Below are positions 42,153 through 56,444 of a DNA stretch of 64,000 nt, piece by piece. Both the position numbers and the translations under genes were made by a program. Each line of letters starts with the position of its first letter. The first letter of the stretch is position 1. Source of the DNA: Paraspadella gotoi (lineage: Eukaryota > Animalia > Chaetognatha); the NCBI GenBank assembly GCA_051294375.1, contig CM119266.1, forward strand, positions 11,539,113 to 11,603,112, written 5' to 3'. The notes below the pieces were generated by a model. The model made no database searches. It was not told where the DNA came from and was given only the letters and a program-made list of their open reading frames with translations.

Positions 42153-44649
42153 TCAAGCCATTCCCGAAACGTCCTTTTCTCCAAGAAAGAAATTAGCGAC
42201 GGTCGCCCCAATGATGGAAAGAAAGACGACGACGACGCCGACGACCTCGATGAGGTAGAGGCCTTCGCCGAAGAACGCCAACGACAACAACGCGGTCAAG
42301 GGGATGATTGCCGCGTTAATGATGTTGCCTAATTTTTAATACGATTATGATTTTAACAAAATTTTAACCACTTAAATTGAGCCGAATAATATTTCAAATC
42401 TAACGGGGCAATCTAGCACAAAGTTCACTGCTTTTATTGTTTTAAAGCACTTCCCGCTCCAGTCCAAATAACAACGCTTACCGAGCAATCCCGCGGTTCC
42501 GGACCCGAAAGCCTCCAACTCGACGCATGCGCATTGATGTACGAGTCGGTAGACTGTGGAGAGGACGCCGACGAGGAAGGCGCCGGACGTTGCCACCGCG
42601 TCGTCGAAAGTTGACGGAAAGTAAAATCCGGAAATGGCGTAGCAGACCAACGCAACCACCTGGAATTAAAAATTTGAAGCGAATCGTGCCCACGTCTTAT
42701 CTCGGCCCAATTTCAGTACCCCGTGAGTGTACAAAAAAAAATACCGAATTTCAGTAACGGGTAGTCTCCTAAAAAGGGATCTTCAGAGAGGCCGAATAAC
42801 AAAATGTGCCTTTCTGGCAACGAGGGGACATGTATGATGCCCGTGTTGTGACGCATCTCTCAACAGGTGACTTTGGACATGTAGTGACAAGCCCATGACA
42901 CTGGCGTGTTTATGCCGACATCATCACACTTTAACCAGCGTGGCCGTGAGGGGATTGAACCCGGAACTCACGGTTGGTGAACGAGTACATAGCTGTCGAA
43001 GCGGGACGAGCAGAGTTTTACCCAGCTATAGAGGAGGCGAATTTAGGATTCGCCACAACTTCCCTTTTAAAATCGATTTCATAATACATGCGTAGATAAT
43101 AATTAAAATGACTTACCGCGGAGCATAAGACACGAATGCAGATGAAGTTGGACCAGTGAAGATGATCGAATTTGGCAAAAACAAAAGGCAACGCCATCGT
43201 GAAGAGTCCCCCGTAGAGGGCGAAAAAGTAGGCGTATACCGGGACGAAAGTTAGGGTTGGCGTCGCCAAAAGTGAGACGTCGCTGCGGAATGAAAATGGA
43301 TTAAATGCGGATTTGGAAACTGATACAACTGATTTGACCGAGTCAAAATCAAGTTGAAAAATTGTACTTTAAGGTCAGGTCGGGAAGAGTAAGAGAATCC
43401 CTGGTCAGTAAAACGTAGTAAAAATTCTAAAAGCGAGGAATGAACATCATTGTACTAATGCACAATAATGTTTTTAAAAAATTACAGATTTGGATTTGTT
43501 ATGAAAAGGTGATAAAAAGAAACATAACTTTTTTTTAAAAAAATATTGCATTAATTTGTTGAAAATCAGAAAAACTGATGTTTTAAGCTGAAAATTAAAT
43601 ATAGTTTTTTTAATTTTTAACCTACTTAATGTAAGAATTTTTAAAAATTGTTTATATTTTCATTTGTCAACTTTTGACAAGGAAATCAAATATGCAATCA
43701 AAATTAAGAAAAGCCTATTTTGAAATTTTATGATTTTATAGGGGTAGTACTATATCTAAATATAGCGTATATATAGCCTATCATATAGCTTTAAAGGTAA
43801 ATCTCAAACTCGACGTTTCACCTCCTGTTTTGGTTAAAGTTTGCGACTCTTTCGGTCATCGCCGCATTCGTCGTCACTTTGAAAAGAAAGGTCGGCCTGG
43901 CGACGAGAGCGATTCCCAGCGTCGCAAACGCCGCCCCGACGGCGTCGATCACGCCGACGCAGCGCCGTCGCAGCAGCGCAGATAATAAAGGAGCGAAGAG
44001 GACGCCGCACGCGTCTATGGCCGCGTAGTCGCCAAGCGGCATCACCGCCGCTGCCATCCGCCACATCAGGAAGTTGGCGTTGGTGAAAAAGCCGACCGTC
44101 AAGTAGGCCGTCCACTCGGCGGGGTGGAAAACTGTCCAGTGGCGGATGGCGATGGGAAGGACAGGAAGGGTTGAGAGAGATTCGCCGATGAAGAGATATT
44201 GGAACGCCTAAAGGTTTCGGATGGAAGGAGTGAAACATGATGCATCGCGTGAGTTTTCTCTGTCAACCTTGTAATTGAGATTGTTTGCCAAAAAAAAACT
44301 TTATGTTAATTTTGTTGCAATGATTAAAATACGAGTCGTACAGTTGCGAAGCTTACAATTTCCGTTAAGAACTTTGTAAAATTCAATTGTTGCGTCCACA
44401 ATGTATCAAATTAAACTCCAGTTTGTAAGCGATGTTGTATGCAGTGGGTCGTGATTTGTTGTTGTTTTGTTCCGATTATTTACGTAGTGACAATTGCTTG
44501 AGTGAAGTCGGTCAAAAGACCTGCGTAGTCGACAATGAAGACGACGCCCGGAAGATGGGCGAGCACATGGCGGCGAGAAGAACGTAGAGGGAATAGTGAA
44601 CGACTCCCCAAAGAAGATGGAGGTGACCTTGGGAAGGCGACGAAGACAT
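42153..44649 (-). CDS. EamA/DMT-superfamily transporter, SLC35G-like; exons ~44649-44521, 44207-43817, 43284-43117, 42659-42482, 42328-42153
   Basis: Multi-TM exons with MPLGDYAAIDACGVLFAPLLSALL...LGIALVARPTFLF (SLC35G-like) and LSLAFFGEGLYLIEVVGVVVVFLSII (EamA second-repeat end). Confidence 0.78.
42740..42995 (-). mobile_element. Putative tRNA-derived SINE in a transporter intron
   Basis: Minus strand has B-box GGGTTCAATCCC after caaccgtg.gt.cc, a GC-richer body and a terminal T run. The head resembles 51865-51975. Confidence 0.5.
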
Positions 44650-44693
44650 CGTTTGGAATTCAACTACGGATGTTAATAAACAAATCTTAAAAG

Positions 44694-44822
44694 TCATTCA
44701 TTGATGCAATGATTATCATTCATTGACGCGATGATAGTCATTCATTGATGCGATGATAATCATTCATTGATGCGATGATAGTCATTCATTGATACGATGA
44801 TAATCATTCATTGATGCGATGA
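44694..44822. repeat. Tandem repeat, 22 bp unit x~6
   Basis: tcattcattgatgcgatgata(g/a) repeated. Confidence 0.9.
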
Positions 44823-45330
44823 CTACGATCAAAAGAAGCAGAAACGAATTAACATCTCGCCCAAGTCGGGCATTCGCCCGTCTGACGAGATAAAAAAAAT
44901 AAGGTTTTCCCACTAGAATAACTTTTAGCTCTATTTTTTTGTAATTCCTTGAATTAGTGATTGTTTCGTTCAAAATCCACGTCGAAAGAGAGGCGATAAG
45001 ATTGAAAAAAAAACCCTTACTCTTAGTCTTCTCTTACGGTAAAAGTACCTAAATGTTTGCTCACCAAATCACACAATTCACACTTCAAAGATTAAAAGGG
45101 GAAAGAAAATTGGGTTTGGTATCGATAGAAAAAAAAAATCCTTAATGTGAACTTTAAAATTGTGGGGTCTCGACTTTTGGGCCAAAAAAGGTACAACAAC
45201 GATATCACAAAAAGTAAAATAAAAAATTTAAAAAATAAGAGAAAAAAGAGAGAAGAAAAAAAAATGAAGAAGTACAGAAGCGAACTTCACGGATTTCAAA
45301 TGGAAGTGTAATGAAAAGAGTTGTTATAAC

Positions 45331-45393
45331 TCTTAACTGACTGACTTGATAATACTGTACAATGTACAGTATTATCAAGTCAGTCAGTTAAGA
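45331..45393. repeat. Perfect palindrome, 31 bp arms with 1-nt loop
   Basis: tcttaactgactgacttgataatactgtaca-a-tgtacagtattatcaagtcagtcagttaaga, with imperfect extension to ~45319-45404. Confidence 0.92.
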
Positions 45394-47284
45394 TTTTAAC
45401 AACTGGCGCGCTTGCCTTTCTGCAGCTTTTTTTTTGGACATTTTTCCAAAGTATTTAGCATTTGATATATATGTATATATATGTATATTCTTCTCAGCGA
45501 TGCATTTTAAATGATCAATTGATTACCATACGTACCATATGTAGGTATTATTGTAGGTAAAATAGATCAAGACTTTGAATCCCGATGAATCCTGTGTTAT
45601 TCGCAACCCCCAGACTCAACACAGCTACAGCTGTAACCCAAAACACCACAATGCAGCAGAAACTGAAATTTAAATTTGATGTTCAAAATTTCTTAGTCTG
45701 ATGTGAAACAGAAAATAAATCGATGTATACTCGGATTTAAACAGATTTAGACTAAGAGACACATTCGCCTCATCGAATTCCGAAAATCGTTTTCCGTTTC
45801 CGAGGGCGAATCGGGTCAGCGGTCACCTGACGTCCGATTTCGTCGCCAGATTTCCTTTTAGAAAAAAAAGGTTTTCCTCTGTTCTCTTCAGACGTCGTTC
45901 TCGGCGCGGATTGGATCAGAATAAGTCAGGATTTAGTACTCTGATTTTGTCAGTATGTAAATATGAATTATGCAGTATTCGGCTTAAAATTTAGGGGATT
46001 CCAACTGTCTTTTGTATTGGTTCCAAAAGTCAAACCGCGTTTATAAAATTATAATTATAAATTAAGCATTATATACGTCATTTCAAGCGATATGATCTCG
46101 GTAAAAATCAACATGTCCTCTTAAGTTATGAGAAAAAAATGTTTATAATCCTCAAAATATCTTTATCGGTCGCAAAATCGATTTCACAATGAAACAAGTA
46201 ATCAGGAATGGGAACCAACGTTGAAAGAAGGCAATGAAACCGGTCATAGAAACTAGGATTATTTGTCGAGAAAGTTTGACCTCTGAGGCTCAAGGATATT
46301 ATTCCTCATGCTTCAGCCATAAGTCGAGTCGTAATCGCTGCCATGAGGGTTAATCCTCGAGATTAAAGAGAAATAAAAGGGCACGGGACGGACCGAGACG
46401 GTTTTTTTTAAGTTAATTTTTTAAATATTCATAAGAAAGATGTTTTTTAAAAAAACTAAGACTTTCTGTAAATAATTTTTTTGTGTTCCGCAAAACTCGG
46501 AGAATCCCCAAAGCTAATGCTTTGACGACTATTTTCATTCTTTTATAAACGCCTTGACAGCGGGAACGGCGGGAATCGCGAGAAAAATAATGGCGACAAT
46601 TGCCAAGGGAAAGAACATAATAAATAAAACAATATAAAAAGAAAGAGAGAAGAGGGAAGAGTCAGAGAGAGAGAGTGATAGATACAGAAGACATATTTTT
46701 TTTATTCATAAGCAGGGTATTTTGTCTAATATTTGAAAGTCGCTAACTTTTGATAGTATCAGTTTTGGGGCAACCTTAAAACCAAAATGAATAATGAATT
46801 GACTTTCATAAAAAAAATTACGTTTAATCGACATACAAATATAACTCGAAACAAAAGTTACACAAAACAACGACGCGACATCGATATCGATAATTAAAAG
46901 AATTAAATAAATTGACAACGGTTAAGAAAAGGGGGAAATATTGATTTTGACTGGCCGTTTCCAAACAATGAGGTACTTCGACACCATTCGAATAAAAATG
47001 GAAATTGAGCGAGTTCACTATAAGATTCGTACAAAATCGCTGTGAGTAAATCAGATTAAGATTTCATAAATGAAATAAAACTGAAAGGGTCTCTCCCCAG
47101 TTCAGACGGCGACATTAATTTTTCTTGTTTATAATTAAATTCAAACGATGACCAAAAAAAAAGAAGGGAGAACGACCGTCGCCTTCGTAATAACGTTACA
47201 ATATTGTACTAAAATATTTATACATTTATAAAAAACATGTTTATTAGAAGAAAGGGCCGATTTTAAGAAGTAGTTTTTTTCACA

Positions 47285-47502
47285 ACAACTTATTGCCAAT
47301 AGTATTGGACAATGCACGGTTATTCAGATGGAATTTTTGGCCAACAACCGATTGGACAATGCGCGGTTTTTTCAGATATAGTTTTGGCCAACGGATGATA
47401 TAGCAATGCGTGTGATTATCAGATGTAGTTTTTTTTTTTTCCAAGAACCAATTAGCTAATTTCGGTTTTTCATATGTAGTTTTTGGCCAATAATCGATTG
47501 GC
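47285..47502. repeat. Degenerate tandem repeat, ~50 bp unit x4
   Basis: Recurring attggacaatgc.cggtt.ttcagat.tagttttggccaa motif. Confidence 0.7.
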
Positions 47503-47821
47503 CTGCGGAGTCAGGATTTGGATTTCGTTGAGTTTCGGATCAGGAAAAGGAATTTCCTCGGCTCCGCATCGAGGAAGGAGGCATTTGAGCAAATGATGAC
47601 TCTTCGCCCGTCGGTCTGCGGGGCGGGAAAGGAAAGCGGGAGATACAGAGTGATTTTAAAAGTTCGTAGTAAAGGGTGATACATTGAGCAATGACCAGAC
47701 GACGTATCTCACCGACGAAGAGAGAGGATCCGCCGCCACAGAAAATGTCTTGACCTCCTGGTACGTCTCCCTAAATGAGATTGGTGAGAAAACAACATTA
47801 TGATAATATATCTATCGGTGC

Positions 47822-47875
<54 letters not shown>

Positions 47876-47909
47876 CTTTCTCTTTCTCTCTCTCTCTTTC
47901 TCTCTCTCT

Positions 47910-47955
<46 letters not shown>

Positions 47956-47975
47956 ACCTGATTCCGAATCGCTAG

Positions 47976-50900
47976 TCACAAAGCGCTCGAGTTAGGTTCT
48001 CGTTCCGGCGTCACGTCGCGCGCTTCTGACGCCGTCATTTCCGTTTCAAACGTCTCGGTGGCGCCCCTGGAACCGACGGGGAATCAAAATCGTTACAGGT
48101 CATATTTACACCTCACCTTTCAATCACGCTTTAACGTCATTGTATTATTTCATGCTATCACGTTTTGTGCCAAGACTTGAGGTCATCGGATTATCTCACT
48201 GCTTTACGTATCGGTATCACTTCAAGGCATCATGTCATATTATTGTCGTGGTTTCACGTCCGAGCAAAAAACATCACCTATTACGTCAAATATTACGTCA
48301 CGAGGTTTCATCCAGTCTCACCTCGTCTGCAAAGTCGGATGTGGAGCGGAGTAGATTGGCTCGTTTTTGCTGGTCGTCGCTTCGCTCACCTTTGAATTGT
48401 ATTAATCAAAATTATTATTCATTTAAATTCTTTAAGTCTTTACCTTGTATATACCTTGATTTTAATTTCTTCACCTCGTACTTCTTTCAAAATTTCCATT
48501 TCAAATTTGGAGGCCTGTTGCAAATGGGAGGGATTTGAAAGCAAAATATTGAAACCAAATCATTTAAATTTTTATTAAAAATCTTGTCGAACTGAAACAT
48601 GCGCTCGATATTACAGCAATAAACATCACGGAAATAAACTTAATAGTGAGAAACAAAAAAATTTTTTAAAAATGCATCAGGCTAAATTCTCGAAAAAGAA
48701 TCCAAGGGAAGTAGTATCAAAATTGTTACTAAAAGGTGCGGAGTAGTGATTTTTCAAAACGCAGAAAATACAAATCAATCCACGATTACTTTTTTCAAAA
48801 ATTATCTTTGAGATGTGCCAACAACAGTGAAGTTTCAAAGACTAAATTTCCAAACACAATTATTTAAACTATCAAAAGTATTGCTACGGACGTACTTCAG
48901 TTAAGCAAGTATTGTGAGTAGTAGGACGGCGATGATTCAATGATCCCTTAACAGAGTGTAAAACAATGTATTCGTGATTTCGTTCCTTGTTTGCTAAACA
49001 ACTAATTAACTCAACAAGGGAAGGTTTTATGTTATCATTTTAAAAGAACTATTAGAGAAATGAAAGTTTTATACCTTTTTTCTTTTGATGATTTTTGGGA
49101 AATTCATCGTTGGCAGATAAGAACAAAAAAGACTTCGAAAAGTCTTCAAAAAAAAAAAAGGAAAGTTCGATGATTAAAATCATTAGTTTGGAATAATTCA
49201 CATAAAAATCTATTTCTAAAAATAAAAAGGTCAGTTCTAAAGGTATAACCTCACCTGACGGTATTGGGCGCTCATGATGCAACAAAGAACAAAGTTAATG
49301 GAAGAATTGATGAGGACAGCGCCGTCGAAAAGATCCCCGAACTTGGTGTAGTGGGTTTCGAAGACTGAAGGATCGATGGCACACCTGGACCATCCGGTTG
49401 TTGACATTACATTTCAAAAAAAAAAATAAATAATCGAGTTTATTATAGTAAATGCGATACGGATTTTTTTTTTGGTCATAGTAAACTGTAAATGCGGAAA
49501 CTTCTAATTTTTAGCAACTTACGTGACTTATGGTGGACAAAGTTTTGAAAGGTTCTCACCAAATGAACATAATTCCGTTGGGAAGTTCACAGATCCAGAA
49601 AAGCAAGACGATGGCCAAGAGCATTGCCGTCGTCCGCGAATGCTGATTCCATTTGTCGGACTGGTTACTCTTGCCCGACTTTCCGCCGGTCTGGCCCGTC
49701 GGACTGTCCTGCTTTGATCGTACAAGGGATGGGAAGAGAGTGGAAAATTGACGGCGTCGTCAGGGAAGTCGGGGAAGGACATAGTTACTTTGAAATCCGG
49801 AAGGTGATTCTTAACTTAGCATAATTCTACTTTCGCCAACGGGGTGATTGGCAGGTATGGGTTAAGAGTGGTTTTGGGGTATTTTAAGATAAGGGGTACT
49901 TAGAAGACAGTTAAAGAATAATTTTTATCATTTTTTAAAAATAATATTATTATACATTATTACTCAAAAAAGGAAAACTCTCAGTCGGCGAAAATGAAAT
50001 TTTTACCTTAAGTAATCTTTACAATACGTATTTTGAAAATTGCAAAATATAACATCGATGTTTTTAATATTTTTCCGATATATTATTTTTCTTTCCCTTC
50101 TCTCACTGTCATAATGGTTTTCCCTTTCTTCTTTAACAGATTCATGTGACGCTTGTAGATTTGACGTCGAGAATACAGAAGGACGAAACTGAGAGAGATG
50201 AGGAGAAAGCAGGGAATCGTTTTGAAGGCGAGGGCTTCGATCCAGAAGTCGATCTGCGGGCGGAAGATCGAAAGATGTTGCTGGGGGATGATGTGACAAT
50301 TTTAATCTAACGAAATTTTTTAGAAATTTTGAATTAAAAAACAGAACTGGAAATGGAAAGTTATATTATTTTCACATTATCATGCAAGTTTGCAATGAGG
50401 CTAAGATATTGATCAAGTGAAAATTGATATTTTACGAAATTATATTAAATTAAATGAACTTCTAAAATGGACAAAAACTCGTAAGAAAGCTCGACATTAC
50501 TAGTTGTCCTAACAATTGTGCAATGCTTTTAAAAAGATAGGTCGATACCTTTCTGAAGTTCGAGTGAGATTTTTGGACTTACCCTGTGCATCTGCAAGTC
50601 GTTCTGAGCCTGACGAACCCACCAAACAGTCACGTTCCCTTCGCCCTCGTTCTCGGGCAGTCCGAACGTTTGTCTGAACAGAAAAGAACAAAGTGATTCC
50701 TTTTATTTTGAACATTTTTTTTTCTTTTTTGACATTTTGTTTTTATGGTGCATCGAAAACGGATAAGAAATTGACAACATTCTGGCAGAATTAGAGTTTT
50801 TCGAGAAGGCCTTTGCTTTGAGAAAGTCGATGGCGGATTTTCTTTCGTCGATCCCCATCCCCATCCCCATCCCCATTCCCCATCCCCATCCCCATCTCTA

Positions 50901-51091
50901 CCCCCCCTCCCCTAATTGACAAATCCTGTCACAACAAATCGTTCAAAATCGATTCCGAGCCAAAAAAAATGACAGAATTTTGTTGTTTTTTTTTAATTCG
51001 TTCGAATTAATTCCGCGAATAAATTTTTTTTATTTTCGGCGGGGAGCAAAATATCGGCCGAGAAGGGGAAATTATCGAAAACGATTAACTC

Positions 51092-51131
<40 letters not shown>

Positions 51132-53343
51132 GCAAATAAATGACGTGAATAATCGGGTGGGTTGGGAAGGGCTTTGAGAAAGAAGAGATTCGCCTGAGAA
51201 GTGCATCTCACTTGTAAACTTGTAAACCAAAGAATCTGCTTTAGACCATGGGAACCATGGGTAGTTGGGTACCATTGGGTAGCAAGAGTCAACTTTAGGA
51301 GGGAATAGTCAACTTTGCTAATTAACTGGGGGCGCTGCGGGAACGAACCCAAGACGGACGTCTGCGCCCGCTCGGCGCTCGGCGATCGGCCACACCGGCT
51401 TTGTAAACGAAAAAGAAAAAAACCGAATCGCTTGGCTGCGCGATTTGAACGAAAGAGCGAAGGACAGAGCGAGCGTTGGAGAGTGAGGAGAATTATACCA
51501 AGGTCTTACAATTTCAAATTATTCTTCGCTCCTCTTTTCTTTCGCCTCTCAATACAATAACAAGAAGCGATACTTGGTTTTTCCTTTACCTGGCGACTTC
51601 GTAACTCAAGTAGAGCGGAATGCAGGCGACGACGACGGCGACGACGACGAGAACGATGACGATCTTTGCGTGGGCGTAAGTGGCCCATTTCCGATTTCGC
51701 CCCAAAACAGCGGCGCATCGAACTAAAGGGGAAATTTAGATTTATGGGAGTAGTTGAATATGTAAGGTAATGCTTAAGTGAGTAGACAGTAGAAAATGAG
51801 GTTGAGTTGAAAAAAAAATTATAAACATTAACGATTTATTGTATATATAATCGCCTATGATACCCGGGGCGTGTTGACCGCCTCCTGTCACTGGGATTGA
51901 ACCAGGTACGCACGGTTGAAACGAGATTATTTAGCCTTCTTAGCCTTCTTAGCCTTCTTAGCCATTGAGCCGAGTATGGACAACAGAGTCGTGCTGCCAC
52001 AATATTTAATTTTGAATTCCGCTTTTATATATTGGAAATAATTAATTTTCCTAATCTTCTTAGTCAAAAAAAAAAAAAAAACTCGGAAAAATAATTATCT
52101 CCAGTCACTTCATCAAGAAGAAGAAAATAAAAAGTTGGTCGTCGCCTCATCGTTTTTCGTGTTCATCTATTTTTTTATAAAAATCTAAAAAAAAAGAACA
52201 AAACAAAGAGAAAGATGTTTTGTCGCGTCGACAAAATGGGAAATCCTTCCTCTGACGCCCGATACTTTGACGACGCGTGACTCTCGCGCGCGCCATCAAA
52301 ATCCAGAACGCGTAATTGGGGAGGGGTGCGTTCACACGCACGACAGCGCCTTTCGCACGCATGGTTTCGTTCTCGATCCAAACGCACTCATGAAGTCGCC
52401 TCCCCAGTCACGTTCGGGCACGCAAGGCTGGCAGAGCGCAATGCGGAGGCGTGAAAGAAGAATTTCCGGTTGATACGGTTCTCTTCAATGTAATCCTTTT
52501 TGAATTCAGTTTGAATATTGTTACAAAAAATTATAAATATTATAAAAAAATGTACAATGGCAAAAACCAAAAGGCAATTCAAGCACACGACTCTAAAATA
52601 ACATATATTTTTTTATTGGTTGTACCAATTTCATAGACACTTTAACCTTTTAAAGCCTGTTTTTTTTTTCTTTTTTTCATGAATAAATTTTAGGAACCTC
52701 TCAAGGGATTCATATTTTTCAAACTACAATGGCGATGAAAAATGCAGAAAGCCAATAAAAGAAATAGGAAATGGAAAGAACCTTTGATGTTTCAAAGTTT
52801 AAGACCCTAAAGTACGTATCTTAATACATTTATACTTATACGTAATTTACAAATTATAAAAGTGTAACAAACTTAAAATATTTTATTTAAATTTAATTTC
52901 ATATTCATAATATTTTTTTTTAAGTTTGGTTAATAACTTTTTTTTGCGCCGAGAAAAAAATTCTGTGTCAAGACAAATTTGTCAGTTTCCATTTATTGCG
53001 AACAAAAATCGTAAAAGAAAATCATAACCGAGCTTACGAGTTCTTAGTATGACGGCAAAGGCATCGGTTTTATGAGAATAGTCCTCAAGTGCTCAGTAAA
53101 GAAGGCGAGATAAGAATGAAAAAGGAAAGGAGAGAGAGAGAGAGAGGGAGAGAGAGAAAGAGAGTAGAGAGAGAGAGAGAGAGAGATCATCCTTTAATTT
53201 CGTTCATCTGATAGTATTTTTTTTTCTTACGATAGAAACATAATTCTTTAAAAACTTTTTCAATATCTGTGAAAAGGTTGTGGATAAAAATTTTTTCTAT
53301 ACATAAGTTGCATTTTGAATCAAAAGAATTTCTCTCTCTCTCT

Positions 53344-53423
<80 letters not shown>

Positions 53424-53431
53424 TCTCTCTC

Positions 53432-53499
<68 letters not shown>

Positions 53500-53717
53500 C
53501 CTCTCTCTCTCTCTCTCTCTCTCACCTATTATGGCTCTGAACGTGGCCAGGCTGACGGTGAGCCAGATGGAGATGGTGTGACAGGTGATGGTGCAACAGG
53601 CGGCGAAGAGTGCCAGGCGCACCATGGATTTCGGGTGATCGAGATGAGGCGCTGCCACGGTGTAGTGGTAGTAGTAGACGACGTAGGGCAGATAGACGAT
53701 CATCGTGGCTGAGAGAA

Positions 53718-53777
<60 letters not shown>

Positions 53778-55443
53778 CAAGGCGAGAAATCAAGGAACAT
53801 TTTCCCATTCATCTTTTTGTTTTTTGGTCTTTTTTTTTCTTTACTGTTTTTTTTTTTTTTTTTTTTTTTGCCAAATCGTCACCATTGATTCGGAAAATGT
53901 TGTCACAATGTTTGAAGTTGCTAGTGAGATCACTGTACCGACGTTAGCCGTCTTTTAAGATTTATAATCTCTTTTTTTTTAATTCATGCCGAAACAGTTA
54001 TCGCTTTCTGCGTTTTTCTTTGATGTATGTTCGTTTACACCTGAAAGAATTCGTTCGCAGCGCGAAATAAAAACGGAAGAACAAGAAACACATCTTCCAC
54101 TTTGTTTTAGTTGTCGTCGTCGTCTTCGTCGTCGCTCAGGGCAACATCAATTTCCTAAAAAATTTTAGAACGTTTTGTTTGGTCCTCGTCGTCATAAAAA
54201 AAATGAAGAAGAATGAAATGTTTTTTCGCTGTCATTCTCGTTCGCTTTCGCTCTATGATGTAAAGGTCAAAAGTATTATGCATTATCCATTTTGTATTGA
54301 TTATCCATTATCCCTTATCCATTATGTATAGTTTATGTCGGTCTTTCCGAAAAAGTTACTCAGAGAAAACTTCGTCTGAAAGTCTGATGGATTTTCTCTT
54401 TAGTTCAAACTGGCCAAGGTTCATTTACCTCCTTTCTTTTCTAACAAAAACAATAAACAAAGTTTCGTGATGAATTTCCCCGTCTTCTTCCCTGTTTTTT
54501 TTTTCTCCGTTCGTTTCTTTTATTTTTATTTCCTTTTTGCTCGGCGACTGCTTCTTTGCCAAAAGTTTTTCTCCGCCACATTTACCTTACTCGATCATCG
54601 CCGTCTCGCTTTAAAAGAAAAGACATCTACGTAACAGAGCAACATGAAATGTTCGGCTTTCTCTCAGACCGAAGATAAATTGCAAGTTGTCCGAGAAATT
54701 TCTCAAAATTTCTGTATAATCGAACTTTTATTTGAATACAATTATACAATTACCCAACCATCTACTCGTATTCCCCCCCAACCAATACCGGCGTCGGCGA
54801 CGGCAATGGCGGCCAAGATGAGATTGGTCGGGCTTCTCATCTCCTTCCGCGTGAGAACTACGACGTTGAGGAAATTGTTGACGATGCCGAAGGAGCACAT
54901 CACCAGCGCTACCCATCCGTGGATCCCCGAGTAGAGCTTGGACCCTCGCTCCAGCAGCTCGATCGCGCTCAGGCGGGCCGGTGGAGCCGCTGGGTCAAAG
55001 GAAGGCGATCGATTTTGAAGGAATGAGGTTTTTTTTTTTTAAAGAAAAGGAAAAGTTATTTTAAGGTATGCTCAGGAAGGGAGAGAAGGAAGCTAATAAG
55101 CTGTGATTAAAGAGGAAATTACTAAAATTAGTCGCGATGCTGTCAGATGCAATCAAGCGAGACGGAAATTACTGATTTGAAGTTTTGATGATTGGGAGAT
55201 CGAAAATAAGGAATGTAAGAAACATAAATTCTAAGGAAGTGAAATGTTATTAAACCAGAAGTGACAGGATGTGTATGAAAAAGATACCGAAAGTTAAGAT
55301 TAATGATCTATTGGGATGAGATGACACAAAGATTTGTTGAAAGTGATTTGTGAGGAAACTGTGAAGGAGTTAAACGTCAGTGAGTTGATTGAATCAGACG
55401 ATGGAAGAGCGGAAGGTGAGAGAGGTCTTCGAAAATCTCATCT

Positions 55444-55488
<45 letters not shown>

Positions 55489-55923
55489 GTCCAAAGAAAT
55501 TCTTTTTCTCACTAAATCTTAATAGGCAACGAAAGAAAGAAACAACACAATGTATGATCTTCTCATAAAACTAAATTAGGAAAGTTATACCGATGATTAA
55601 TGGATTATATCATCAGAAAATACCGAATTTACATAGATCTGCTAATTATTCTCGTTACAAGTATTTTTTTTTCGAAGAAAGGTCTACTTAAAAACTATTA
55701 AAGCATTTAGGTATTAATAAAGTATAAAAGAATTCAAGTTCCTCAGGTTTAAAAAATACATTACTTTCCCTGCCCTCAATAAATGAGAGAACGGAAGCCA
55801 AATAACACGAAGTGGCGAAAGAAAGGAATCTAACTTACCTTGACAATCTAGCTTACCTTGACCGAATTCGTCGTCGTCGTTTGACGTGACGTTGAAAAAT
55901 GTCAAATCCTGACCTTTTTCCAT
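47976..55923 (-). CDS. Class A peptide GPCR, myosuppressin/sex-peptide-receptor-like (DmsR type), ~12-13 exons
   Basis: TM1-2 YSGIHGWVALVMCSFGIVNNFLNVVVLTRKEMRSPTNLILAAIAVADA; TM3 TCHTISIWLTVSLATFRAI; TM4 ACIPLYL; TM5 FWIEALAFKTIPCFLL; TM6 RTTAMLLAIVLLFWICELPNGI; TM7 DLFDGAVLINSSINFVLCCIMSAQYRQ|TF. Confidence 0.88.
51865..51975 (-). mobile_element. tRNA-derived SINE head
   Basis: Minus strand A-box-like TCGGCTCAATGG and B-box GGTTCAATCCC, with an internal (ggctaagaa)x3 expansion. The flank cgcctcctgtcactgg also occurs at ~24836. Confidence 0.5.
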
Positions 55924-56386
55924 TTTGTCGATGGATTATCGTTCGAGAAATAAACTCTGAAATGAATCGAATAAAAGAATGAGATTTAAAAAGAAAAAAG
56001 GGAAAGAAAAAAATAATGGAAGAAAATGGACAGAGGGACAGAACCAAAAAGGGATAAATATATATCTAAAAGGGCGTAAGTCGATTTTAGAAAACACAAG
56101 TCAATACAAGTTGAAGTTCTTCTTTTTTTTTTCAAATCGCCAGCATGTAAAATTTTTTGGTTATTTTCGCTTGGAACTAAACGCGAATTTCCGTTTCTTG
56201 GTTGGCCAACATTCTTCATCAATTAGTTGTGATTTGATTGCAATATTATTAAATAGAGGATAAATTTTGCCTAAATTATGGCTTCCGTCTTCTGTTTTAA
56301 CCCTGAAAAACACATGTCAACTTGTGAACCTGTGAAACTTAACTTTTTAGCCTTATGGCGTGACATCTCTTTGCGTATAAAAGTCA

Positions 56387-56444
<58 letters not shown>

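Noticed and set aside
44694-44822. 22 bp repeats as a CRISPR-like array
   Set aside because: Head-to-tail tandem units without unique spacers, in a eukaryotic context.
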